Origin: Escherichia phage Ayreon
DNA: 44,708 nucleotides
Sequence record: MF807953
Reading direction: 5' to 3' (one strand)
Part shown: in pieces, positions 35,588-44,640 of the stretch
Numbering within the stretch: the stretch's first letter is position 1
Layout: each line of letters starts with the position of its first letter
The notes under the pieces: model-generated
Seen by the model: the letters and a program-made list of their open reading frames with translations, nothing else
What the model was told of the DNA's origin: nothing
Database searches by the model: none
Program-made: the position numbers and the translations under genes

Positions 35588-36402
35588 GTATGGAGCTGAT
35601 GGTTAAAGCGATGAAAATTCGAGTGGGTAATCCATTGCGAAAACTGGTTCTGATCAAGCTGGCTGATAATGCCAGCGATCAGGGTGAGTGCTGGCCCAGC
35701 TACCAGCATATTGCTGACCAGTGTGAGATTAGCAAACGTTCTGTGATGAATCATATTGCGGCCCTTTGTGAGTCCGGGCTGGTAAAAAAAGTCACCCGGA
35801 AAGGTGAAAAAGGTAACTCAAGTAATATCTATCTCCTTCATCTGGATGGTGCAGGAGATTCACTAGGGGGTAGTGCAAATAATTCACTATCTGGTGCAGC
35901 AAATTCACTAGGTAGTGCAGGAGTTGCACCAGGGGGTAGTGCAGGAGATTCACCCAGAACCAGTCACTCTTTTGAACCAGTCAAAGAATCAGTCAATGAA
36001 CCAATAGCTGTTGGTGCATCAGTTGATGAGTCCGTGCGAGTTCGTTCAAACCGACCGGAATACTCTCCGGAGTTTGAGCAGGCATGGCTGGCATATCCCA
36101 AACGTGCTGGTGGCAATTCAAAATCTGCAGCCTTCAAAGCCTGGAAAGCCCGTTTGAATGAGGGGGTAAACCCCGAAACCATGCTGGAAGGTGTGAAACG
36201 CTACGCGGGCTGGGTATCTGCGATGGGTAACAGCGGCACACAATTTGTGAAACAGGCTGTCACGTTCTTTGGTCCGGATCGTCATTTCGAAGAATCCTGG
36301 GAAGTTCCTGCGGTATCTGCAGCTAGACGTGAGGACCCGTACTTCAAAGCCAGTTACGACAACGTGGACTACAGCCAGATCCCGGCAGGATTCAGGGGGT
36401 GA
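35584..36402 (+). CDS. Putative replication initiation protein (N-terminal winged-helix/HTH domain)
   Basis: 272 aa; N-terminal region (LRKLVLIKLADNASDQGECWPSYQHIADQCEISKRSVMNHIAALCESGLVKK) typical of phage replication-initiator HTH domains; C-terminal AYPKRAGGNSKSAAFKAWKAR segment. Confidence 0.55.
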   Translation: MSMELMVKAMKIRVGNPLRKLVLIKLADNASDQGECWPSYQHIADQCEISKRSVMNHIAALCESGLVKKVTRKGEKGNSSNIYLLHLDGAGDSLGGSANNSLSGAANSLGSAGVAPGGSAGDSPRTSHSFEPVKESVNEPIAVGASVDESVRVRSNRPEYSPEFEQAWLAYPKRAGGNSKSAAFKAWKARLNEGVNPETMLEGVKRYAGWVSAMGNSGTQFVKQAVTFFGPDRHFEESWEVPAVSAARREDPYFKASYDNVDYSQIPAGFRG

Positions 36403-36893
36403 TCATGAGTCTTTTGAATGAAGTTCAGAAATTCATTGAAGCCCATCCGGGGTGTACTTCCGGAGACATTGCGGATGCTTTTGCAGGTTACTCACGGCAG
36501 CGCGTTCTGCAGTCAGCAAGCAAGTTACGTCAGAGTGGGCGTGTGGCTCACCGTTGTGAAGGAGATACACGCAGACATTTCCCACGCCTGACTGAGAGAG
36601 CGCAGGAGCCGGAACCACAACCAGTTCGTGAAACCAGACCTGTGCGCAATTTCTATGTCGGCACTAACGATCCCCGGGTGATTTTGTGCCTGACCCGCCA
36701 GGCGGAAGAACTGGAGTCCAGGGGCTTATACCGTCGTGCTGCAACGGTGTGGATGGCGGCATTCCGTGAAAGCTACTCCCAGCCAGAACGAAACAATTTT
36801 CTGGCGCGTCGTGAACGGTGTTTACGGAAAAGCAGTAAGCGGGCTGCATCAGGTGAAGAGTGGTATCTGTCAGGGAATTACGTGGGGGCTTAA
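36399..36893 (+). CDS. Hypothetical early protein (164 aa)
   Basis: ORF whose stop overlaps the next start (TAATG). Confidence 0.45.
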   Translation: MIMSLLNEVQKFIEAHPGCTSGDIADAFAGYSRQRVLQSASKLRQSGRVAHRCEGDTRRHFPRLTERAQEPEPQPVRETRPVRNFYVGTNDPRVILCLTRQAEELESRGLYRRAATVWMAAFRESYSQPERNNFLARRERCLRKSSKRAASGEEWYLSGNYVGA

Positions 36894-37219
36894 TGACGAC
36901 GTTAACTCAATGCCAGCAGCAGGTGCTGGATATGCTGATTTCTTACCAGAAAGAACGTGGCTTCCCGCCAACCAATCAGGAGGTGGCAACCATGCTGGGA
37001 TACCGTTCGGTGAATGCAGCGGTGGAGCATCTTCGCGCACTGGAGAAAAAAGGCGTCATCACGATAAAGCGTGGCGTGGCCCGGGGGATAACGCTTCATA
37101 CCGCGGTGAAGGACGACGACAGCGAGGCTGTCGGGATTATCCGCTCACTGCTTGCCGGTGAGGAAAACGCAAGGCTGCGTGCAACCCACTGGCTACATGA
37201 GAGAGGCCTGAAAGTATGA
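36893..37219 (+). CDS. LexA N-terminal DNA-binding-domain-like protein (no peptidase domain)
   Basis: 108 aa from MTTLTQ; alignment by eye to the LexA winged-helix region (LexA [68 protein letters not shown] versus here MTTLTQCQQQVLDMLISYQKERGFPPTNQEVATMLGYRSVNAAVEHLRALEKKGVITIKRGVARGITL); no S24 domain follows. Confidence 0.65.
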   Translation: MTTLTQCQQQVLDMLISYQKERGFPPTNQEVATMLGYRSVNAAVEHLRALEKKGVITIKRGVARGITLHTAVKDDDSEAVGIIRSLLAGEENARLRATHWLHERGLKV

Positions 37220-37605
37220 AACTGATCCTGCCTTTCCCGCCCAGCGTGAATACGTACTGGCGACACCCTAACAAAGGGGCGTTTGCTGGTAAAAGCCTGA
37301 TAAGCACGGCGGGGCGCAAATTCCAGAGCGCGGCGTGCGCAGCAATAGTTGAGCAGTTACGTCGTCTGCCGAAACCAACGTCGGCACCTGCTTCAGTGGA
37401 GATCGTGTTGTTTCCTCCGGATAACCGGATCCGCGATCTGGACAACTATAACAAGGCACTGTTTGACGCCCTGACCCACGCGGGTGTGTGGGAAGACGAC
37501 AGTCAGGTGAAAAGAATGCTGGTGGAGTGGGGACCGGTTATCCCGGAAGGGAAGGTCGAGATCACTATCAGTAAGTACGAGAAAACGGCGGGTGCAGCCG
37601 CCTGA
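37216..37605 (+). CDS. rusA: Holliday junction resolvase RusA
   Basis: 129 aa; segments LPFPPSVNTYWRH, DLDNYNKALFDALTHAGVWEDDSQV and VEITISKYE match RusA-family hallmarks. Confidence 0.85.
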   Translation: MKLILPFPPSVNTYWRHPNKGAFAGKSLISTAGRKFQSAACAAIVEQLRRLPKPTSAPASVEIVLFPPDNRIRDLDNYNKALFDALTHAGVWEDDSQVKRMLVEWGPVIPEGKVEITISKYEKTAGAAA

Positions 37606-37624
37606 TTAAGAGGAGAAACGAAGT

Positions 37625-38434
37625 ATGAATAATCTGATGGTCATTGATGGTATTGAAGTTCGTCGTGATGCTTATGGACGTTATAGCCTGAACGATCTGC
37701 ATCGCGCAGCAGTAGCATCTGGTGCAAATGCCAGAACCAAGGAGCCAGGAAAGTTTCTTTCCAGCCAACAAACTGTTGAGCTTGTTCATGAATTGACCAA
37801 CACCCAGAATTTGGGTGTTGACCCGGTGAGTGTGATTCATGGGGGAAATGAACGGGGAACGTATGTCTGTAAGGAACTGGTGTATGCCTATGCAATGTGG
37901 ATCAGCCCGTCATTCCATCTGAAGGTGATCCGTACTTTCGATATGGTAACCAGCGCACCGGAAAAATTATCCGGGCAGGCTGCTGACAAGATGCAGGCTG
38001 GAGTGATTCTGCTGGACTTTATGCGCAGGGAGTTAAACCTGTCTAACTCATCTGTGCTTGGGGCCTGTCAGAAACTCCAGGAGGCTGTTGGCTTACCGAA
38101 TCTGGCACCGCGTTATGCCATTGATGCTCCTGCTGACGCGCCTGATGGCTCAAGCCGCCCCACGCTGTCACTGAGTGCACTGCTGAAGCAGTATGGTATC
38201 CGCCTGACGGCTAATCAGGCATATCACCAGATGGCGAAGCTGGGGATCGTCGAACAGCGCGAACGATACAGCCGTACAGCGATTAACAACATCAAAAAAT
38301 TCTGGTCGCTGACAGCGAAAGGCTGCATGTTCGGCAAGAACATCACCAGTCCCGCAAATCCGCGCGAGACGCAGCCGCATTTCTTCGAATCCCGATTCCC
38401 TGAGCTGTTAAAGCTGCTCGATACCGTTCATTGA
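37625..38434 (+). CDS. KilA-N domain protein (antirepressor-like)
   Basis: 269 aa; N-terminal IDGIEVRRDAYGRYSLNDLHRAA... typical of the KilA-N DNA-binding domain. Confidence 0.6.
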   Translation: MNNLMVIDGIEVRRDAYGRYSLNDLHRAAVASGANARTKEPGKFLSSQQTVELVHELTNTQNLGVDPVSVIHGGNERGTYVCKELVYAYAMWISPSFHLKVIRTFDMVTSAPEKLSGQAADKMQAGVILLDFMRRELNLSNSSVLGACQKLQEAVGLPNLAPRYAIDAPADAPDGSSRPTLSLSALLKQYGIRLTANQAYHQMAKLGIVEQRERYSRTAINNIKKFWSLTAKGCMFGKNITSPANPRETQPHFFESRFPELLKLLDTVH

Positions 38435-38435
38435 G

Positions 38436-39431
38436 GTGACCGTGAGAGCACTACTGACCCCTGAAATTGCCCCGCGTATGGGGATCGTATTGTTCAGGCC
38501 AGGTTCAGAGCTGATGCCCCTGTTTATGCAGGGGCGTGTCCTGCTGGAGCCTGAGCCGGAACGTTATTCATCTTTCGCCAGTGGTGCCGTTCCGGCGGCA
38601 TCACAACCGCTGGCGGATGATCCTGCCGTTCGGGCCGTGTTCCGCAATGAGGCAGTGATCCGTCGTGCTGGTGGCGTGGAATGTCTTGAAAGCTGGTTAC
38701 TTCGTGAAAAAGGCTGCCAGTGGCCTCATTCCGACTGGCACAGCGAGAACATGACCACAATGCGACACGCGCCGGGCGCAATCCGTCTGTGCTGGCACTG
38801 CGATAACCAGCTGCGCGATCAGTTCACGGAACGGCTGGAATCAATGGCAACGGATAACTGTGCCCGCTGGGTGTTGTCTGTTGTGCGTCGGGATCTCGGT
38901 TTTGATGACAGTCACGTTGTGACAATGCCGGAACTGTGCTGGTGGCTGATTCGTAATGACCTGGCGGATGCCTTACCGGAAAGTGCAGCCCGTAAGGCAC
39001 TGAGATTACCAAAGCCTGTTGTGCCGTCTGTCACCCGGGAAAGTGACCTTGTGCCTTCGGTTCCTGCCACCAGCATCATCCAGGATAAAGCGAAAAAGGT
39101 GCTGGCGCTGAAAGTGGATCCGGAGTCGCCGGAGTCTTTTATGTTACGCCCAAAACGTCGCCGCTGGGTTAATGAAAAGTACACGCGCTGGGTTAAGACA
39201 CAGCCGTGTGCATGTTGTGGAAAGCCCGCTGATGATCCCCACCACCTGATAGGTCACGGTCAGGGTGGAATGGGAACAAAAGCGCATGACCTCTTTGTGT
39301 TGCCTTTGTGCAGAAAGCATCACGACGAGCTGCATGCGGATACCGTGGCATTTGAAGAGAAGTATGGCTCTCAGCTGGAGCTGATATTTCGTTTTATCGA
39401 TCGTGCGCTGGCAATTGGCGTATTGGCGTAA
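38436..39431 (+). CDS. DUF968-like protein with C-terminal Cys/His zinc-binding HNH-like motif
   Basis: 331 aa; C-terminal CACCGKPADDPHHLIGHGQGGMGTKAHDLFVLPLCRKHHDELH motif; position in the nin-like region before Q. Confidence 0.6.
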   Translation: MTVRALLTPEIAPRMGIVLFRPGSELMPLFMQGRVLLEPEPERYSSFASGAVPAASQPLADDPAVRAVFRNEAVIRRAGGVECLESWLLREKGCQWPHSDWHSENMTTMRHAPGAIRLCWHCDNQLRDQFTERLESMATDNCARWVLSVVRRDLGFDDSHVVTMPELCWWLIRNDLADALPESAARKALRLPKPVVPSVTRESDLVPSVPATSIIQDKAKKVLALKVDPESPESFMLRPKRRRWVNEKYTRWVKTQPCACCGKPADDPHHLIGHGQGGMGTKAHDLFVLPLCRKHHDELHADTVAFEEKYGSQLELIFRFIDRALAIGVLA

Positions 39432-39444
39432 GTGGAGAACGAGC

Positions 39445-40197
39445 ATGAACCTTGAAGCCTTACCAAAATATTACTCCCCAAAATCTCCAAAATTGAGCGA
39501 TGACGCACCGGCGACAGGCTCAGGTGGTTTAACGATTACGGATGTGATGGCTGCGCAGGGGATGGTGCAGTCGAAAGCACCGCTTGGGTTTGCCTTATTC
39601 CTGGCAAAAGTTGGTGTTCAGGATCCTCAATTTGCGATTGAAGGTCTGCTCAATTACGCGATGGCACTGGATAACCCGACATTGAACAAATTGAGTGAAG
39701 AAACCCGGTTACAGATCATCCCTTACCTTGTGAATTTTGCCTTTGCTGATTATTCCAGGTCTGCGGCAAGTAAGGCTCGCTGTGAGCATTGTGCTGGTAC
39801 TGGATTTCATAATGTATTGCGCGAAGTGGTGAAACACTCCAGAAGCGGGGAATCTGTTATCAAGGAAGAGTGGGTGAAGGAACTATGTCAGCATTGTCAT
39901 GGTAAGGGAGAAGTCAGCACAGCGTGCAGAGGGTGTAAGGGTAAAGGTATTGTCCTGGATGAAAAAAGGACCCGGCTTCATGGCACGCCTGTTTATAAGA
40001 TTTGTGGGCGTTGCAATGGAAACCGGTTTAGCCGTTTACCAACCACACTGGCGCGGCATCATGTCCAGAAGCTGGTACCAGACCTGACGGATTATCAGTG
40101 GTACAAAGGATATGCAGATGTCATTGATAAACTGGTTACAAAGTGCTGGCAGGAAGAAGCATATGCAGAGATACAATTGAGAAATGTGACAAGATAA
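39445..40197 (+). CDS. Q: Late gene antiterminator Q
   Basis: 250 aa from MNLEAL with a GGAG ribosome-binding site; Cys-rich zinc-binding region CEHCAGTG...CQHCHGKGEVSTACRGCKGKG...CGRCNG; followed by a candidate pR' and tR' terminator. Confidence 0.75.
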   Translation: MNLEALPKYYSPKSPKLSDDAPATGSGGLTITDVMAAQGMVQSKAPLGFALFLAKVGVQDPQFAIEGLLNYAMALDNPTLNKLSEETRLQIIPYLVNFAFADYSRSAASKARCEHCAGTGFHNVLREVVKHSRSGESVIKEEWVKELCQHCHGKGEVSTACRGCKGKGIVLDEKRTRLHGTPVYKICGRCNGNRFSRLPTTLARHHVQKLVPDLTDYQWYKGYADVIDKLVTKCWQEEAYAEIQLRNVTR

Positions 40198-40228
40198 ATG
40201 GTTTTCGCCGAAGATGACGACATGATGC

Positions 40229-40257
40229 TTGCATTTTTCAAAAAATATGGATAAGAT
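40229..40257 (+). promoter_or_regulatory. Candidate late promoter pR' (Q-utilisation region)
   Basis: TTGCAT - 17 bp - TAAGAT between the Q stop and a strong terminator. Confidence 0.4.
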
Positions 40258-40304
40258 TTTCCCAACGATGGGCTTTGTATGTCTACCGTTGATAAGATTT
40301 AAGA

Positions 40305-40329
40305 ACCCGCCACTGAGCGGGTTTTTTTG
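40305..40329 (+). terminator. tR'-like rho-independent terminator
   Basis: Hairpin acccgc-cactga-gcgggt followed by a T7 run. Confidence 0.8.
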
Positions 40330-40486
40330 TGCCAGATGTCTCATGAAACTATGAAATGGATTGGTGCGTTAAACATTTTTTCTTATTATCTTTTAGATTT
40401 TGGAGAGATGGTTAACGTCTGTATTCCAGAAACTCGATGATTATTTAATAAATTAGTTTCAATGATGCTTCTAGGTTATGACTGTA

Positions 40487-40903
40487 ATGAAAAAGGTATT
40501 AATAGCAGCGATAGGTTTTTGTTTAGTTGGTTGTGCAGGTATGAAATTACCTGAGTATTCGCAAGTTAAAGCAAGTCCGTATTATACAGATTGCCGTGCG
40601 TTTGCCATGGATGTTTATAAAAATGATGGATACAGCAAAATTGCGAAAACTACTATCCTTAGCATGGATGATGTGAAGGCTAGATATATTGTGACAGGGT
40701 GTGTAGTTGCTATGGGGAAAAACACTGTAGAGGAAATCAAAGCTGATCTCTCTGCTAAAGGGAGTTCTTTTGGGCTTATCAGTGGAGCTTGTTCTAGTGC
40801 GGCATGTCGGGTTGATGTAGAGCAGCAAATGAACGCTTATGTACTTGGTAGTTATTATGCTGCAAATAAAAAATTCCCGGATAAAATGAAAGCAGAGTTT
40901 TAA
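40487..40903 (+). CDS. Lipoprotein (moron cargo)
   Basis: 139 aa from MKKVLIAAIGFCLVGCAG: signal peptide with lipobox LVGC; AT-rich codon usage unlike the flanking phage genes; bracketed by two copies of the same terminator hairpin. Confidence 0.7.
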   Translation: MKKVLIAAIGFCLVGCAGMKLPEYSQVKASPYYTDCRAFAMDVYKNDGYSKIAKTTILSMDDVKARYIVTGCVVAMGKNTVEEIKADLSAKGSSFGLISGACSSAACRVDVEQQMNAYVLGSYYAANKKFPDKMKAEF

Positions 40904-40980
40904 GTAAACCTTGTTTTCGATTATATGTCGAAGATAAATGTTAGTAACGGCATAATAAGTAAATATATAGCTGTGATAGC

Positions 40981-41005
40981 AACCCGCCACTGAGCGGGTT
41001 TTTTG
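40981..41005 (+). terminator. Second copy of tR'-like terminator
   Basis: About 27 bp near-identical to 40305-40329 (aacccgccactgagcgggttttttgt). Confidence 0.8.
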
Positions 41006-41102
41006 TACCTGTAAACTTGGTGCAGTACAGTAAACACGCTGGTGGTCGTGAATACTGACTTTTTATCTTGCTGGCTTTTTAGACAAGAGTTATTGGTATG
41101 TC

Positions 41103-41330
41103 ATGTTAACCAGAAGGGAAAAAGACATGCTAAAACAGCAAGATATGACAGAAACCGCCGCCGCAGTCCTTCATTTCTTACCTGCTGACAAGTGGGTAAC
41201 GCCACGCATGATGACGAGAACTACCGGAGTAAGCGAAGCCCGGTGCCAGTTAATACTGACTCAGTTAGTTCTGGCGGGTCTGGCGAAGGATAACGGCGGG
41301 TACGGGAATAAATTCAGACGCTGCCAGTAA
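41103..41330 (+). CDS. Hypothetical small protein (75 aa)
   Basis: ORF with a GAAGGG/AAAGA-type ribosome-binding region upstream, positioned ahead of the methyltransferase. Confidence 0.4.
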   Translation: MLTRREKDMLKQQDMTETAAAVLHFLPADKWVTPRMMTRTTGVSEARCQLILTQLVLAGLAKDNGGYGNKFRRCQ

Positions 41331-41480
41331 TGGCGGTTTCCTGCTGTGAAAATGGGCGGCTGGTGGGTGTTGGTAGCACCTGCCAGCCATTCGCTCATGC
41401 TTACTGGTCACAAGCGAACCATGGCCCACTGCTTTAGCGCAAAAGCAGAGTGAGCCTACCAGAGTTACGCTTACTGATCC

Positions 41481-42533
41481 ATGAAAAATACTGTAAAAAT
41501 AAACAGTGTTGATTTAATCAACGCTGATTGCCTGCATTTTATTCAGTCCCTGCCTGATGATTCCATTGACCTGATTGTTACCGATCCGCCGTACTTCAAG
41601 GTGAAACCCAACGGCTGGGACAATCAGTGGAAAGGGGACGAAGATTACCTTAAGTGGCTGGACCACTGTCTGGCCCAGTTCTGGCGGGTGTTAAAACCTG
41701 CCGGAAGCCTTTACCTGTTCTGTGGGCATCGCCTGGCATCTGATATTGAGATCATGATGCGTGAACGTTTCAACGTGCTTAACCATATCATCTGGGCGAA
41801 GCCGTCCGGACGTTGGAATGGGTGTAATAAAGAAAGTCTGCGCGCATATTTTCCTGCCACAGAGCGCGTTCTGTTTGCTGAACATTACCAGGGGCCATAT
41901 CGCGGCAAAAGTGACGGCTATGCAGCAAAAGAAAGGGAACTCAAACAGCACATAATGGCACCGCTGATATCGTATTTCAGGGATGCTCGTGCCGAACTGG
42001 GTATAACGGCAAAACAAATTGCCGAAGCCACAGGTAAGAAAAATATGGTTTCCCACTGGTTTGGTGCCAGTCAGTGGCAGTTGCCGAATGAGGCTGACTA
42101 TCGGAAGTTACAGGCACTGTTTTCCCGTATAGCGGCAGAGAAGTTTCAGGAACAACAACTGGAACAACCACACCACCAGCTGGTGGCATCTTATGATTCA
42201 CTGAATCGTAAATATTCTGAATTGCTGGATGAGTTTAAATCTCTCCGGCGCTATTTCTCCGTATCAGTCTCCGTGCCTTATACCGATGTCTGGATGCATA
42301 AACCCGTTCAGTTCTACCCGGGGAAACATCCGTGTGAGAAACCGGCGGATATGCTCAGGCAAATAATCAATGCCAGTAGTCGACCTGGTGATCTGGTTGC
42401 TGATTTTTTTATGGGATCCGGTTCCACAATAAAAGCAGCAATGGCGCTGGGGCGTCGGGCCTTAGGTGTTGAGCTTGAGTCAGAGCGGTTTAACCAGACA
42501 GTGAAAGAGATAAACGAGCTGGTGGGGAAATAA
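41481..42533 (+). CDS. DNA methyltransferase (N6-adenine/N4-cytosine amino-MTase, orphan)
   Basis: 350 aa; catalytic motif IVTDPPYF near the N-terminus and AdoMet-binding motif DFFMGSGST near the C-terminus; no restriction endonuclease partner nearby. Confidence 0.85.
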
Positions 42534-42600
42534 TCTGGTGGCCACGTCAGGTGGCCTTTTTATTTCCATTACACAGCACCCGCATCTGCGAGGTGGGGTT

Positions 42601-42816
42601 ATGAAATCCATGGATAAGTTAACAACGGGTGTCGCCTATGGCACCTCAGCAGGTAGTGCCGGGTACTGGTTTTTACAGTTGCTCGATAAAGTCACGCCCT
42701 CACAGTGGGCGGCAATAGGTGTGCTGGGTAGTCTGGTATTTGGCCTGCTGACGTACCTGACAAACCTTTATTTCAAGATTAAAGAAGATAAGCGCAAGGC
42801 TGCGAGAGGTGAATAA
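42601..42816 (+). CDS. S: Holin (phage 21 S21-type pinholin)
   Basis: 71 aa from MKSMDK (dual-start motif); sequence [62 protein letters not shown] matches my recollection of the phage 21 holin. Confidence 0.85.
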
Positions 42817-43313
42817 TGCCTCCATCATTACGAAAAGCAGTTGCTGCTGCTATTGGTGGCGGAGCAATTGCTATAGCATCAGTGTTAATCACTGGCCCAA
42901 GTGGTGACGATGGCCTGGAAGGTGTCAGCTACATACCATACAAAGATATCGTTGGCGTATGGACTGTATGTCACGGACACACCGGAAAAGACATCATGCT
43001 CGGTAAAACGTATACCGAAGCAGAATGCAAAGCCCTCCTGAATAAAGACCTTGCCACGGTTGCCAGACAAATTAACCCGTACATCAAAGTCGATATACCG
43101 GAAACAACGCGCGGCGCTCTTTACTCGTTCGTCTACAACGTGGGTGCTGGCAATTTCAGAACATCGACGCTTCTTCGCAAAATAAACCAGGGCGATATCA
43201 AAGGCGCATGTGACCAGCTACGTCGCTGGATATACGCTGGCGGTAAGCAATGGAAAGGCCTGATGACTCGTCGTGAGATTGAGCGTGAAGTCTGTTTGTG
43301 GGGGCAACAATGA
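42816..43313 (+). CDS. R: SAR endolysin (lysozyme with N-terminal signal-anchor-release domain)
   Basis: 165 aa; Gly/Ala-rich N-terminal hydrophobic SAR segment [20 protein letters not shown] followed by a lysozyme-like domain. Confidence 0.85.
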   Translation: MPPSLRKAVAAAIGGGAIAIASVLITGPSGDDGLEGVSYIPYKDIVGVWTVCHGHTGKDIMLGKTYTEAECKALLNKDLATVARQINPYIKVDIPETTRGALYSFVYNVGAGNFRTSTLLRKINQGDIKGACDQLRRWIYAGGKQWKGLMTRREIEREVCLWGQQ

Positions 43314-43777
43314 GCAGAGTAACCGCGATTATCTCCGCTCTGGTTATCTGCATCATCGTCTGCCTGTCGTGGGCGGTCAATCATTACCGTGATAACGCCA
43401 TCGCCTACAAAGAACAGCGAGATAAAAAAGTCAGTGAGCTGAAGCAGGCGACCGCCACCATTACTGACATGCAGCAGCGCCAGCGTTCTGCTGATGCACT
43501 CGATGCTAAATACACGAAGGAGTTAGCTGATGCGAAAGCTGAAAATGATGCTCTTCGGCGCAAGCTTGATAATGGTGGTCGGGTGTTCGTCAAAGGAAAA
43601 TGCCCTGTGCCATCCTCAGCCGAAACCTCCAGCGCCTCCGGCATGGGCAATGATGCCACCGTCGAACTCTCTCCAGTTGCTGGACGAAACGTTCTCGGTA
43701 TCCGGGACGGAATTATCCGCGACCAAACAGCACTGAGAACGCTTCAGGAATACATCAGGACGCAATGCCTTCGATGA
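43310..43777 (+). CDS. Rz: i-spanin Rz
   Basis: Start [30 protein letters not shown] matches lambda Rz; ATGA overlap with the endolysin stop. Confidence 0.85.
   Translation: MSRVTAIISALVICIIVCLSWAVNHYRDNAIAYKEQRDKKVSELKQATATITDMQQRQRSADALDAKYTKELADAKAENDALRRKLDNGGRVFVKGKCPVPSSAETSSASGMGNDATVELSPVAGRNVLGIRDGIIRDQTALRTLQEYIRTQCLR
43530..43736 (+). CDS. Rz1: o-spanin Rz1 (lipoprotein embedded in +1 frame of Rz)
   Basis: MRKLKMML start, lipobox VVGCSS and a Pro-rich segment [11 protein letters not shown], entirely inside Rz in another frame. Confidence 0.75.
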   Translation: MRKLKMMLFGASLIMVVGCSSKENALCHPQPKPPAPPAWAMMPPSNSLQLLDETFSVSGTELSATKQH

Positions 43778-44406
43778 TAGCGATAATTTTACTCATCATC
43801 CTTCACATCTGGCTCTGTAGACAGGATGGTGATCACTTCTGGAGTGAATCCAGATTAAACATCTCATTGCTGATGCTTGATATTGAGCATCTTGCGCGCG
43901 GTAAGGGGCTGCGTTGAGATAAGGGCCAGTCATTACAAATACCAGGATTTAGCCTCGCATTCGCGGGGCTTTTTATTGCCATTACAAAAGCCACTCCCTA
44001 CAGAGTGGCTTTGATAATGGTTTATACCCTACACGGGATAGCTTAACTGATATCCCTTTTAACGGATAAAGGTATTCAAGCCTGACACATCATGCGCTGT
44101 ATCGTCGCCGTATTCCCGTATTAACAGAGACCGTAGCCCGACGGGGAACTCCTTCTGCGCGAGTGTGCGGGAATAATCAAAAACGATGCACACCGGGTTT
44201 TTACCGCGTTTATGGTTCGCGGGTTTGTCCCTCATGCTCGCCAGTCCTGTGCGGGGGTGGAAGAAACAGGACACTTACACAGATTCTTGTGGGCACGATG
44301 CTATGCCTTTCTGGATTATCCCGATGCCATTCATGCAAGGCGTTGTATCAGACGTTCGTCAGAGCTGTCAGGCTGACGGGTCCTCCCGGTGGGGTGGCCT
44401 GCCACG

Positions 44407-44494
44407 GGGTGAAGGAACTATGTCAGCATTGTCATGGTAAGGGAGAAGTCAGCACAGCGTGCAGAGGGTGTAAGGGTAAAGGTATTGTGCTGGA
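44407..44494 (+). repeat. Displaced copy of an internal Q-gene segment
   Basis: 88 bp identical except for one mismatch to 39872-39959 (inside Q, encoding ELCQHCHGKGEVSTACRGCKGKGIVL). Confidence 0.9.
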
Positions 44495-44558
44495 GACATT
44501 ACCGGATATTCTGGAACGTGACTGCGGCCTGCAGCCTGCTGCTGTGAGCCGTGTTCAG
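44487..44558 (+). repeat. Displaced copy of an internal small-terminase gene segment
   Basis: 72 bp identical to 359-430 (inside the Nu1-like gene, encoding LETLPDILERDCGLQPAAVSRVQ); overlaps the Q copy by an 8-bp microhomology gtgctgga. Confidence 0.9.
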
Positions 44559-44604
44559 CCGTGGAAAAAGGCTAGTTTTTGAAATTTCATTCGTCATCAC
44601 CACT

Positions 44605-44640
44605 ACTGTAATGTATTGATATTACAGTGATTTTATTTTT
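44605..44640 (+). terminator. Terminal inverted repeat followed by T-rich tract
   Basis: actgtaat-gtattgat-attacagt followed by gattttattttt, in an AT-rich non-coding tail 70-100 bp before the window end. Confidence 0.3.

Noticed and set aside
44163-44582. 139-aa plus-strand ORF near the right end
   Set aside because: Its C-terminal half is translated from displaced copies of Q and Nu1 sequence joined at a recombination scar; it is a fusion artefact rather than a functional gene.
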